A stretch of DNA of 64,000 bases from Bacillota bacterium (GTDB lineage: Bacteria; Bacillota; Clostridia; Christensenellales; UBA1242). The notes under the pieces were generated by a model. That model did not search any database, was not told the origin of the DNA, and worked only from the letters and a program-made list of their open reading frames with translations. A program made the translations under genes and the position numbers. The stretch lies in NCBI GenBank assembly GCA_009784185.1, contig WRCD01000005.1, positions 1,868 through 65,867 of the forward strand, in the 5' to 3' direction. Each line of letters starts with the position of its first letter. Positions within the stretch are counted from its first letter, which is position 1. Positions 33,996-42,628 of this stretch are shown piece after piece.

Positions 33996-35084
33996 CTACT
34001 TCTTATCAAATAGTTCTATCTTTCTCAGCGCAATTTTAATATTGTTTTTATCAAATATACGCTTTACTTCTCTGTTCATGTCCCGGATAACCTGATACCT
34101 GTCTTCTTCGTTGCATTTTGCAGTTATTCTTAGCACCACGCCGCGCTCGCTAAATTCCTGCACGCCCTTATACCATGGCCCGTCATTAACCGCCGGAATT
34201 GCATCTGCAATATTTAACAGGTTCGCGTTTATAACCTTTTCTACCCGCTCAATGTTCTCGCCGTATTCAATCGTTACATCACATATTGCCATACTTCGGT
34301 GCATACTCATGTTTACAAAGCTTTTCAGTTCGCTGTTGTTTATTACCTTAACATCCCCTAATGGGCTTTTTATCCGCGTTGTGCGGATACCAACATCAAC
34401 CACTTCTCCTCTATAATCTTCGAATGTAACATAATCACCCACTTTAATGCTGTCCTCAAATATCAAGAACAACCCACTAAGAAGGTCACCAATCAGCCCC
34501 TGGGCGCCAAAACCAAGCGCTATACCGAGGGCTGCAATAAGTGCCGCTATAATTGTTGGGTCAACATGCCAGGTGTTAAGCAGCATGATTACAACAATTA
34601 CATAACCAATATATTTAGCAAGGCTTACAAAAAGCGAAACAATAGTCTTTCTGCGCTTACTGCCCTTTATTGCAAACAGCTTTATAATAAACTGCAGCAA
34701 GGTAACCGCAATATAACCAAGCACCAGCACAATAATGCTGCTGATAATAGGATTGCCTTCGTTGCCTTCATTAAAGATATGTTTGTCTATAAAAGCGGTT
34801 ATGTCCGAACCCGCTCCAAAAACGGCTTTTGCGGATATTGCCAATATAAACACCACCAGTGCCACGGCACAAACCGAAATAAAGATAATAATACCTTTAA
34901 CCTTGCTTGCGCGCTTCTTGTTTTCGTACTCCTGCGCACTTTTGGTCATCGGCTCGGTCTTGCCCTGCTTTGGGCTGGATAAGTCAACTAATTTATTAAA
35001 AATCACCGGCTGCGGCTTTGGCTTTGGTTTTTTAGGAGCACTCTTTTTAGGAGCGGCCGCTTTTTTCTTCGGTTCGTTTGCCAT
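33996..35084 (-). CDS. MscS-family mechanosensitive channel
   Basis: GDLLSGLFLIFEDSIKVGDYVTFEDYRGEVVDVGIRTTRIKSPLGDVKVINNSEL is the MscS core. The N-terminal tail is K/P-rich. Confidence 0.85.
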   Translation of the reverse strand: MANEPKKKAAAPKKSAPKKPKPKPQPVIFNKLVDLSSPKQGKTEPMTKSAQEYENKKRASKVKGIIIFISVCAVALVVFILAISAKAVFGAGSDITAFIDKHIFNEGNEGNPIISSIIVLVLGYIAVTLLQFIIKLFAIKGSKRRKTIVSLFVSLAKYIGYVIVVIMLLNTWHVDPTIIAALIAALGIALGFGAQGLIGDLLSGLFLIFEDSIKVGDYVTFEDYRGEVVDVGIRTTRIKSPLGDVKVINNSELKSFVNMSMHRSMAICDVTIEYGENIERVEKVINANLLNIADAIPAVNDGPWYKGVQEFSERGVVLRITAKCNEEDRYQVIRDMNREVKRIFDKNNIKIALRKIELFDKK

Positions 35085-35213
35085 AGTTTAAATATTCCTC
35101 TAAATTTTGTAATGACTTATTATAGTATATTTATATCATTTTGTTAAGTAAAAAAACCTACTATGCCAGCAATTTATACAAAACCAAAAATTTGCGCAAA
35201 TTTAATTTTTCCC

Positions 35214-35242
35214 TTGACACGAGCCGGGAGTTATGCTAGACT
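35214..35242 (+). promoter_or_regulatory. Sigma-70-type promoter of the tRNA cluster
   Basis: TTGACA, 17-nt spacer, TAGACT, ending 24 nt before tRNA-Gly. Confidence 0.6.
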
Positions 35243-35266
35243 TGAGACTGTCTATTTTGTAGATGT

Positions 35267-35340
35267 GCGGGCGTAGCTTAATGGTAAAGTTCCAGCCTTC
35301 CAAGCTGGCTATGTGAGTTCGATTCTCATCGCCCGCTCCA
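35267..35340 (+). tRNA. tRNA-Gly (TCC)
   Basis: Acceptor GCGGGCG/CGCCCGC, anticodon loop CTTCCAA, CCA encoded. Confidence 0.9.
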
Positions 35341-35346
35341 AAATTT

Positions 35347-35421
35347 AGGGGTGTAGCCAAGCGGTAAGGCTCCAGACTCTGACTCTGGCATGCGGAGGTT
35401 CAAATCCTTCCACCCCTGCCA
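35347..35421 (+). tRNA. tRNA-Gln (CTG)
   Basis: AGGGGTGTAGCCAAGCGGTAAGGC.., anticodon loop CTCTGAC, CCA. Confidence 0.9.
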
Positions 35422-35430
35422 ACAATTTAT

Positions 35431-35507
35431 GGTGGATATAGCTTAGCAGGTAGAGCGCCAGGTTGTGGCCCTGGAGGTCGTGGGTTCGAATCCCACTATT
35501 CACCCCA
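35431..35507 (+). tRNA. tRNA-His (GTG) with encoded G-1
   Basis: Extra 5' G, anticodon loop TTGTGGC, T-arm GTGGGTTCGAATCCCAC, CCA. Confidence 0.9.
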
Positions 35508-35523
35508 CTATTCGCCCCGATGT

Positions 35524-35600
35524 GCGCCCGTAGCTCAGCAGGATAGAGCAACGCCCTTCTAAGGCGTAGGTCGGGGGTTCGACTCCCTCCGGGCGTGCCA
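35524..35600 (+). tRNA. tRNA-Arg (TCT)
   Basis: GCGCCCGTAGCTCAGCAGGATAGAGC.., anticodon loop CTTCTAA, CCA. Confidence 0.9.
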
Positions 35601-35603
35601 TAT

Positions 35604-35679
35604 GACCCATTAGCTCAGTCGGTAGAGCACTTGACTTTTAATCAAGTTGTCCCGCGTTCGAATCGCGGATGGGTCACCA
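35604..35679 (+). tRNA. tRNA-Lys (TTT)
   Basis: GACCCATTAGCTCAGTCGGTAGAGC.., anticodon loop CTTTTAA, CCA. Confidence 0.9.
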
Positions 35680-35689
35680 AGAAACTCTA

Positions 35690-35772
35690 GCGGATGTGGC
35701 GAAATTGGCAGACGCGCCAGACTTAGGATCTGGTGGGCAACCGTGGGGGTTCAAGTCCCTCCATCCGCACCA
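35690..35772 (+). tRNA. tRNA-Leu (TAG)
   Basis: Type-II tRNA GCGGATGTGGCGAAATTGGCAGACGC.., anticodon loop CTTAGGA, long variable arm, CCA. Confidence 0.9.
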
Positions 35773-35889
35773 ACATAGTCCTAAGGTTGGAGGACTTGAA
35801 CGGGCAAGGGCGCTGCCGGCGGCAGATGAAGCCCGCAGCCCAGGCGTGAAAGTGCCGAAGGCACGGAGCAAGTCCCTCCATCCGCACCA
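35773..35889 (+). other. Structured ~96-nt insert followed by an exact 21-nt duplicate of the tRNA-Leu 3' end
   Basis: CAAGTCCCTCCATCCGCACCA occurs at 35752-35772 and again at 35869-35889. An inverted partial copy GGAGGACTTGAAC at 35789-35801 can pair with the second copy. Internal hairpins are CTGCC-ggc-GGCAG and GTGCC-gaa-GGCAC. Confidence 0.7.
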
Positions 35890-36050
35890 ATGCAGTTATA
35901 AGGTGTATGACCGCAGGCGGTCATACAACCCGTCGGCGCTCGCAAACGAGCACTGCGTGCCCGCAATTTTTGAAAATCTGTTTTTGTCCGCAAGCGCCCA
36001 AAAGCAAATTTTCACAATTTGCGCGCTTCGCGTTGGATTTGCTCGCTTCT

Positions 36051-36125
36051 AGGGGTGTAGCCAAGCGGTAAGGCACAAGACTTTGACTCTTGCACGCGTT
36101 GGTTCAAATCCAGCCACCCCTGCCA
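36051..36125 (+). tRNA. tRNA-Gln (TTG)
   Basis: AGGGGTGTAGCCAAGCGGTAAGGC.., anticodon loop CTTTGAC, CCA. Confidence 0.9.
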
Positions 36126-36137
36126 AAGTTAATATAG

Positions 36138-36157
36138 AAGCCGCAAGGCTTTTTTGT
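36138..36157 (+). terminator. Terminator after tRNA cluster
   Basis: AAGCC-gcaa-GGCTT followed by TTTTGTTT. Confidence 0.7.
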
Positions 36158-36216
36158 TTGCAGTTTTAAAACTTTATGTTATAATCTAAAAACCAGTAAC
36201 AAAGGAGAATTATAAT

Positions 36217-36645
36217 ATGACGGTTTTAAAATGTGCCATGTGCGGTGCCAGTATAAGCCCGGAGCCGGGAGCAACACTGGCTAGATGTGAATTTTGCGGG
36301 TCAAGTACCGCATTTGAAAAGAGCCCCAGCGGCGGTGTTGGCGCAGTGCGAACCGTTTTTGCCAGATGGGCGCCCGACGGATTTTATTATCCGGCTACTA
36401 TAATTGAGGAGTTTGCAAACCATGTAAAGGTTCTTTTCCTGGACGGAGTGGACTCCATGATTTTAAAGGAGCATGTTGTGGAATTGCAGCAAGCTTATAA
36501 AACCATGCGGTTTGAAGGCAACTGGCAGAACCAGGGCTTTTTCTATACCGGAAAAATTGCCAGCCATGAGCCGCTGATATTCAACTACGATGACGGCGAT
36601 GTTGAGGAATTAATGCTTGTGCAATTACGCGGTACTAAATTATAA
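36217..36645 (+). CDS. Zinc-ribbon protein with two Tudor/agenet-like half-domains
   Basis: KCAMCGASISPEPGATLARCEFCGS gives the CxxC..CxxC pattern. ARWAPDGFYYPATIIEE and GNWQNQGFFYTGKIAS are Tudor-like by eye. AAGGAG precedes the ATG. Confidence 0.55.
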   Translation: MTVLKCAMCGASISPEPGATLARCEFCGSSTAFEKSPSGGVGAVRTVFARWAPDGFYYPATIIEEFANHVKVLFLDGVDSMILKEHVVELQQAYKTMRFEGNWQNQGFFYTGKIASHEPLIFNYDDGDVEELMLVQLRGTKL

Positions 36646-36708
36646 AACAACTTTTATAAAAGAGTTTTTCGGTTTCCTATTGAAAAATTTAAAAAACTGT
36701 TATATACT

Positions 36709-37941
36709 ATGTACATGAACAACACTAAAATTGCATCAGCCAGACCCAGATACACTAAAAGCACACTTGCACTGGGTGCAAGCGTTTTAGATTATTGCGG
36801 AGTAAAAACAAAACTGCCTAAGCTTGGCAGGGTTAGGTCTGCTCTGAAGAAAAACTACAAAAACGTTGTGTTTTTAATTTTGGACGGCCTCAATACATTA
36901 AGTCTGCAGGAGCTTCTGCCGGCCGATTCTCTTCTCAGAAAAAACCTGAAAGGCAGCCTGACATCGGTTTTCCCGTCTACAACCGCGTGCGGTTTAACCA
37001 CTTTGTTTACGGCAGGCTACCCTGCTGCGAATGGCTGGCTGGGGCAAAAGATGTACATAGAGCAACTAGATAAGGTTATTGACATATACAAAAACACCTG
37101 CGCATACACCGGAGTCAGCCTTAAAGACGATGACTATTACGAGAGCTATCTGCCGCCTGCTACCATATTTTCTCAAATTGAAGCCATGCAGAAACCACAA
37201 ATAAAAATACATACCCTTACCCCGCAAAAAACCCGTAACATTGCCGAAAACAACTATTACTACTCCGACATGGCCGAAATGTATACGGTGCTTAACAAAA
37301 TGACCCGGCAAAACGGCAGAAAAGCAATTATTGCGTATGCACCGCATTTGTCTAAAGCAATGAGCACCCATGGCACAGCTTCGGGCCAAGCCGAAGCAGT
37401 TCTGCAAGAACATGAACTGTATTTAGCCGAACTGATGGAAAAAGCCGGTGATACATTGTTTATTGTGTCGTCCGGCCACGGAATGATTAATATCCAAAAC
37501 AACATCCATTTAGAAGACTATCCGGAAATCTGTGCTACATTCAACAGACCTCCGTCCGTTTGCAGCCGCGCAATCAGCTTTGGAATAAACAAGTTAAGCC
37601 GCAAACAATTTGCGCGTCTGTTTAACCACCACTTCAGCACGGATTTTAAACTGTACACTGCAAAACAAATAGTTGCCGGCGGCTTGCTTGGTAAAGATGC
37701 TTGTCCGTGTCTGGATTTACTTATAGGCGATTTTATTGCAGTTGCAAAAGCCAACTCTGCAATGCATTACAAAACACCCAAAGGGGTTGAGCCGAAAATT
37801 ACAATAGCCTCCAGCGGCGGACTCTCCAAACAGGAAATGCTTTTACCGTTAATAATTTTTGGAAAGAAAAAGAAATCCAGTAAAAAGAAAGCGCCTCAAA
37901 ATTCCCCTTCCCTGCGAAGGGGTGGCAAGCCGAAGGCTTGA
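36709..37941 (+). CDS. Alkaline-phosphatase-superfamily phosphodiesterase / nucleotide pyrophosphatase-like protein
   Basis: VVFLILDGLNTLSL and SVFPSTTACGLTTLFTAGYPAANGW give the metal-binding Asp and nucleophile Thr region. The last ~15 aa (NSPSLRRGGKPKA) are read from a family-A repeat. Confidence 0.7.
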   Translation: MYMNNTKIASARPRYTKSTLALGASVLDYCGVKTKLPKLGRVRSALKKNYKNVVFLILDGLNTLSLQELLPADSLLRKNLKGSLTSVFPSTTACGLTTLFTAGYPAANGWLGQKMYIEQLDKVIDIYKNTCAYTGVSLKDDDYYESYLPPATIFSQIEAMQKPQIKIHTLTPQKTRNIAENNYYYSDMAEMYTVLNKMTRQNGRKAIIAYAPHLSKAMSTHGTASGQAEAVLQEHELYLAELMEKAGDTLFIVSSGHGMINIQNNIHLEDYPEICATFNRPPSVCSRAISFGINKLSRKQFARLFNHHFSTDFKLYTAKQIVAGGLLGKDACPCLDLLIGDFIAVAKANSAMHYKTPKGVEPKITIASSGGLSKQEMLLPLIIFGKKKKSSKKKAPQNSPSLRRGGKPKA

Positions 37942-37970
37942 CGGGGTAGCCGCCGCCAAACGCGGCGCAA
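37900..37970 (+). repeat. Family-A repeat (long form) overlapping the 3' end of the phosphodiesterase ORF
   Basis: AATTCCCCTTCCCTGCGAAGGGGTGGCAAGCCGAAGGCTTGACGGGGTAGCCGCCGCCAAACGCGGCGC. Confidence 0.85.
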
Positions 37971-38012
37971 AAAAAGCAGCCATAGCTGCTTTTTTTATTT
38001 TGCTCAAAATTA

Positions 38013-39238
38013 TCACCTTACCATCCGCGTGGCCGGCGCTCTGCCACCGGCATTCTGTTTTGTCCCTAGTGCGGCAGCGGCCTCCTGCGCAGCATTATGT
38101 TCTGCCGCAGCGTAGGGGGTTGGTATAACACCATCATCCTGAAGCTTTGCCAGCGGCTCCAGCCCCAAACGCACTGTCGGCGGGTTGTTTTTTAATACGT
38201 CCATAGGAGGAACAGCCTCCTGGCTCGTTTCGTGAGTGCGTTGCACCATGGTTTCCAAATCTATCTCTCTTGCTGCCTCACCACTAGGCACATCGGTTGA
38301 ATAAGCAGCAAATTTGCTAACAAGCGGCTTGCCCCCCCCAGTTCCATTTCCCGGCTTTCCTGCATTAATTGGCAGAACGTCCTATAGTAGTCATCTTGTA
38401 TGCCTAATACCAAATCGGCCCTAACCAATCTGCCGGCTGCACCATTGGTCTTTATATGCTCTTTCAAAAAACGTAAATAGCTGCGCTGTACACACTTTTC
38501 GATAGGCAAATCATTTAAAACCAACGAAACATCATAACCCGCCCGCGAAAACTCCTGCAAAATTTTACGCATTTTATCTACATTGCTGCCCAAGGCAGGG
38601 TAAATAATATTCATGCCCTCTTCCCTTGCCTGAGTCAAAATTTTCTTTGTTGCCTCACTGGACTCCTCATGCACTTGTGAAACGCCATAACCCTTGTCAT
38701 AGTCCTTGCGCAGCCCTTCATAATCACCTTCGCCGGTTTTAACTATGTCCGGGTCAATAATAATCCCGCCCATTTCGTTTTGTATTTCTTCAGCGCGTGT
38801 AGATTTACCGGCCGCAGGCGGGCCAAGAATAACCGTAATGGTTTTCTTATTTGTACTTGAATCCTTATTTGTACTTGAATCCCTATTCGGAACTTTTTTT
38901 AAATAATCTGTTACCAGTTTCTCCCGCAAATCTTCGCGTCCGGGCATAAGATGTGTAGAATCCTTTTCTCTGGCCACAATTTCATTTGTAAAATTCTTAA
39001 CAATTTCTGCCAACTCTTCCGGCGTCTTATTTAAAGCCTCCGACATTTGCTCGGGCGTTTTACCATATTTTGCTACATACTGTTGGACAGTACACGAGTT
39101 TTCTTGATCTATAAGTTGCTGGGGTGTACGCTTTAAATCTGCCGCAATGCCAACAAAAAGAGCCGGGTCAAACTCCTGAATCTGCTTGCTTACTGCATCT
39201 GAAAGCGGTTGTGCATCGTACCCCTGTATGGACTCCAT
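38013..39238 (-). pseudogene. Zeta-toxin-like P-loop kinase, reading frame broken at a C8/G8 tract
   Basis: Walker A ILGPPAAGKST, then IIIDPD. ORF 38261-39238 ends 24 codons after the tract at 38332-38339. One extra G would fuse it in frame to ORF 38013-38291, giving about 408 aa. Confidence 0.6.
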
Positions 39239-39250
39239 AAAGCTTTTCTC

Positions 39251-39562
39251 CTATCGCACCAGCATATCTTCAAGCTTTTCCGACATCTGGCTCAATTGCT
39301 CCCATGTTTTGCCTAAAACAGGCATACGAAGCCGTGCGCGCTCAGCACTCTTTTCTTCATCAGGCAAAGAAGCAAGGTGTTCTTTTTTCTCTTCAAAAAA
39401 ATCAACCGGCTTACTCATTAAGGTGTCCCGCAGTGGCTCGTCCCTGTTGCTGGTATAAACATAAAACTGATGCTTTGGAAACAAAAAGATATCAGAAACT
39501 ATATCCGTCCGTTGCTTTAACTCCGCTCGGCTTTCAAGTGTCTTATTCGGCAAATTACTCAT
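39251..39562 (-). CDS. Hypothetical small protein (103 aa) immediately upstream of the zeta-like kinase
   Basis: Its stop lies 12 nt before the kinase start. Charged, helical C-terminal half. No motif recognised. Confidence 0.5.
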   Translation of the reverse strand: MSNLPNKTLESRAELKQRTDIVSDIFLFPKHQFYVYTSNRDEPLRDTLMSKPVDFFEEKKEHLASLPDEEKSAERARLRMPVLGKTWEQLSQMSEKLEDMLVR

Positions 39563-39654
39563 AGTTTTTTCCTTTTAATTTTATTTGTATCTTTAGTATA
39601 CCACAAAAACTTTTTCAACACAATATGTTTTGTTTAAAATCTTTGCAAAATAGG

Positions 39655-39683
39655 TTGACAAGTAAACCTACTTTGCGTATAAT
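39655..39683 (+). promoter_or_regulatory. Consensus sigma-70 promoter placed for a leaderless marR-family mRNA
   Basis: TTGACA, 17-nt spacer, TATAAT. Only 7 nt (ATACATT) separate the -10 box from the ATG at 39691, and there is no Shine-Dalgarno sequence. Confidence 0.6.
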
Positions 39684-39690
39684 ATACATT

Positions 39691-40146
39691 ATGGATAAAG
39701 AAATAGAATCACTTCCGCCGGAAGAAGTTATAGTCAAGCTAAAAAAGCTGATTAAAATAATTGAGCATGCTCAGGCTGACCTTGGCAGCGAAATTACACA
39801 TGCCCAGGCACGCATTATCTTCCCCATCTGGCGCGACGGCAAAGGCTACACAATTGTTGAACTGGCTAAAGCAGGCAGTGTTACCAAAGGCCTGGTATCG
39901 CGCACCATTGCCGACCTTGAAGCCAAAGGCTATGTTGAGCGCCAAAAGGAGTCCGCCAATCAGGACAGAAACTATAAGATAGTTCTTACTCCCAAAGCTC
40001 ATGCGCTTGCCCGGAAGCACAAAGCAAAAATGCAAAAAGTTTCCGGCAAATGGAACGGCAAGTTGACAAAAGACGATTTTGAAACATTTATAAGAGTATT
40101 AAACATCATAACCGACATAGAATATGGAAAGGAGCAACCATGTTAG
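39691..40146 (+). CDS. MarR-family transcriptional regulator
   Basis: Winged-helix region YTIVELAKAGSVTKGLVSRTIADLEAKGYVERQKESANQDRNYKIVLT. I rejected the track start at 39625 because it lies upstream of the promoter. Confidence 0.75.
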   Translation: MDKEIESLPPEEVIVKLKKLIKIIEHAQADLGSEITHAQARIIFPIWRDGKGYTIVELAKAGSVTKGLVSRTIADLEAKGYVERQKESANQDRNYKIVLTPKAHALARKHKAKMQKVSGKWNGKLTKDDFETFIRVLNIITDIEYGKEQPC

Positions 40147-42584
40147 TATTAGAAAACATTGTAAAAGAATATGCGGCAGGCACCAGCAAGATAGAAGCGC
40201 TGGCGGGCGTCAGTCTCTCGTTCAGGAAAAACGAGTTTGTTTCAATTCTTGGCCCCAGCGGCTGCGGAAAGACCACCATGCTGAATATTGTTGGCGGCCT
40301 TGACCGCTACACCAGCGGCGACCTGATTATAAACGGCAAAAGCACAAAAGACTTTAAGGCATACGAGTGGGACGCATACAGGAACCGCTCCATCGGTTTT
40401 GTTTTCCAGAGCTATAATCTGATTCCGCACTTATCTGTGCTCGGCAATGTTGAAATGGCGCTTACCCTGTCCGGAATATCAAAGCACGAGCGTAAAGAGC
40501 GTGCAACCGCTGCCCTGGCTGATGTTGGCTTAACAGACCAACTGCACAAACGCCCCAACCAGCTGTCGGGCGGACAGATGCAGCGTGTGGCAATTGCACG
40601 TGCACTTGTAAACAATCCTGACATTATCTTAGCGGATGAGCCGACCGGCGCACTGGACAGCACCACCAGCGTACAGATAATGGAGCTGTTAAAAGTTGTA
40701 GCCGAAAAGCGGCTTGTAATAATGGTAACTCACAACGGTGACCTTGCCGAACAATACAGCACACGCATCATTAAGCTGCTTGACGGCAAACTGCAATCAG
40801 ACAGCAATCCGATTGTGGAAGAACCTGTCATTGCGAGCAATTCTATTCCGGATTCAAACGAAGCAATCCCAAAGATTGGTGCTTCTAACCGCGAGATTGC
40901 TTCGTCTGTTGGCGCTGCAGGCCCGTCTCGCAATGACAAGGCAAAACCCAAGCGCAACAAAACCAGTATGTCATACATAACTGCCCTTTCATTAAGCCTA
41001 AAAAACCTGCTTACCAAAAAGGGGCGTACCTTTATTACCGCCTTTGCGGGCAGCATTGGCATAATTGGCGTAGCATTGGTATTGGCGGTTAGCTTTGGGT
41101 TTAACGCCTACATAGCAAGCGCACAAACCGACACTCTGGCCGAGATGCCTATTCAGGTAAACCGTTCGGTAATGGACTTTAGAAGCTATATGAACCATGA
41201 AGAAACCACCCAGAATCCGAGCGACGCTATTTACCCGTATACTCCTCCGCCAAACAACACCCATCACAACGTTATAACCCAAGGCTATGTTGACCACGTA
41301 AACGACCTTGATTCGGCATTATATACAGATATTCGTATGCGATACGGCCTGGAAATGAACTTCGTTGCAGAAGCGGGCACAAACTATAACTCCTTCAGAA
41401 TGCGCGAACTATCAAGCAGAAACACCGAAAACGAGCGCATTTACGAAGTGCTTGCAGGCAACTGGCCTGCGGCAGCAAATGAGCTTGTGCTGGTATTGGA
41501 CAGCAACAATCTGATAATGTCCGACACCCTTAACCAATTAGGAATAGCCAACACCTCCGGAACCCCGTTTGCTTTCAGCGAAGTTCTTGGTAAAAACACT
41601 TACAGACTTATACCCAACGATGCATTCTATCAGACCTCGGGCGGCGGGTTTGCTCCCAAAACCGTTGATGGGGCATTATATGCGCATACTTCGGCTGTAC
41701 CGCTTACAATTGTCGGTGTGGTAAAAATAAAGAACGCCGACGCGGGCGGAATGCTGGACATGATGGATATGGTTTCCGGCTCGTTTAATTCATCAACCGG
41801 GCTTGCTTTCTCCCCTATGCTTACACAGGCCAGGCTGGCGGCAGAAGCAACTTCCAATATGGCAATTGCGGCTACTACAACTCACCTTAACAATTTTCTT
41901 TTAGAAAGAAGAATTTCGTTTGGCGAAAGCACCGTAACCTTTCCGGCGGGCTCTGTGATTATCCCTGCTCTTTCATATATGAAATTAGACCAACAGAGGC
42001 AATTCGGAGCCAACACCACTCCCGCAAGCATACGCATTTTTCCGAAAGACTTTGACAGCAAAACAATAATTAAAGAGCATCTAGCTGCGTGGAACGCGAG
42101 CAAAGCCGAAGCCGACCAGATACTCTTCTCCGATTTAGCCGAAACCATTACCAACATGATGGCTACGGTAGTAGACGCAATTTCATATGTATTAATTGCG
42201 TTTGCCGCAATAAGTTTGGTAGTATCCAGCATAATGATTGGCATAATTACTTATGTATCGGTAATTGAGCGGACCCGCGAAATTGGAGTGCTGCGAGCCC
42301 TTGGCGGAAGAAAGAAAGATATAAGGCGCGTGTTTAACGCCGAAACCCTGATAATCGGATTTACGGCGGGCGTAATTGGAGTTGCGGTTACACTTATACT
42401 TACGCTGCCGATTAACCTGATTATAAACTTCTATGTACCGGAGCTGCATAATGTGGCGCAAATGGCATGGTGGCATCCGATTGCCTTAATCGGCGGAAGC
42501 ATGGTGCTCACATTTATTGCGGGGCTGTTCCCGGCAAACGCAGCAGCAAAAAAAGACCCGGTTGTAGCATTACGAACCGAATAA
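40140..42584 (+). CDS. Fused ABC transporter ATPase + FtsX/MacB-type permease, with an in-frame family-C repeat in the linker
   Basis: [24 protein letters not shown] and [11 protein letters not shown], then the FtsX-like TM region [26 protein letters not shown] and the C-terminal [18 protein letters not shown]. The ATG overlaps the marR stop. Confidence 0.85.
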   Translation: MLVLENIVKEYAAGTSKIEALAGVSLSFRKNEFVSILGPSGCGKTTMLNIVGGLDRYTSGDLIINGKSTKDFKAYEWDAYRNRSIGFVFQSYNLIPHLSVLGNVEMALTLSGISKHERKERATAALADVGLTDQLHKRPNQLSGGQMQRVAIARALVNNPDIILADEPTGALDSTTSVQIMELLKVVAEKRLVIMVTHNGDLAEQYSTRIIKLLDGKLQSDSNPIVEEPVIASNSIPDSNEAIPKIGASNREIASSVGAAGPSRNDKAKPKRNKTSMSYITALSLSLKNLLTKKGRTFITAFAGSIGIIGVALVLAVSFGFNAYIASAQTDTLAEMPIQVNRSVMDFRSYMNHEETTQNPSDAIYPYTPPPNNTHHNVITQGYVDHVNDLDSALYTDIRMRYGLEMNFVAEAGTNYNSFRMRELSSRNTENERIYEVLAGNWPAAANELVLVLDSNNLIMSDTLNQLGIANTSGTPFAFSEVLGKNTYRLIPNDAFYQTSGGGFAPKTVDGALYAHTSAVPLTIVGVVKIKNADAGGMLDMMDMVSGSFNSSTGLAFSPMLTQARLAAEATSNMAIAATTTHLNNFLLERRISFGESTVTFPAGSVIIPALSYMKLDQQRQFGANTTPASIRIFPKDFDSKTIIKEHLAAWNASKAEADQILFSDLAETITNMMATVVDAISYVLIAFAAISLVVSSIMIGIITYVSVIERTREIGVLRALGGRKKDIRRVFNAETLIIGFTAGVIGVAVTLILTLPINLIINFYVPELHNVAQMAWWHPIALIGGSMVLTFIAGLFPANAAAKKDPVVALRTE
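40826..40937 (+). repeat. Family-C element (12-nt terminal inverted repeats TGTCATTGCGAG) inside the ABC transporter gene
   Basis: TGTCATTGCGAG...TCAAACGAAGCAATCCCAAAGATTGGTGCTTCT...GATTGCTTCG...CTCGCAATGACA. Translated as [37 protein letters not shown]. Confidence 0.85.
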
Positions 42585-42628
42585 ACAAAACCCTTGATTT
42601 TTAACTATTATTTATATATAATTTAAAT

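Noticed and set aside
35345-36052. Track ORFs of 65-127 aa on both strands across the tRNA cluster (35345-35551, 35669-36052, 35674-35871, 35781-35993).
   Set aside because: They overlap seven well-folded tRNA genes and the repeat-bearing spacer. They have no Shine-Dalgarno sequences, and their composition simply reflects GC-rich tRNA sequence.
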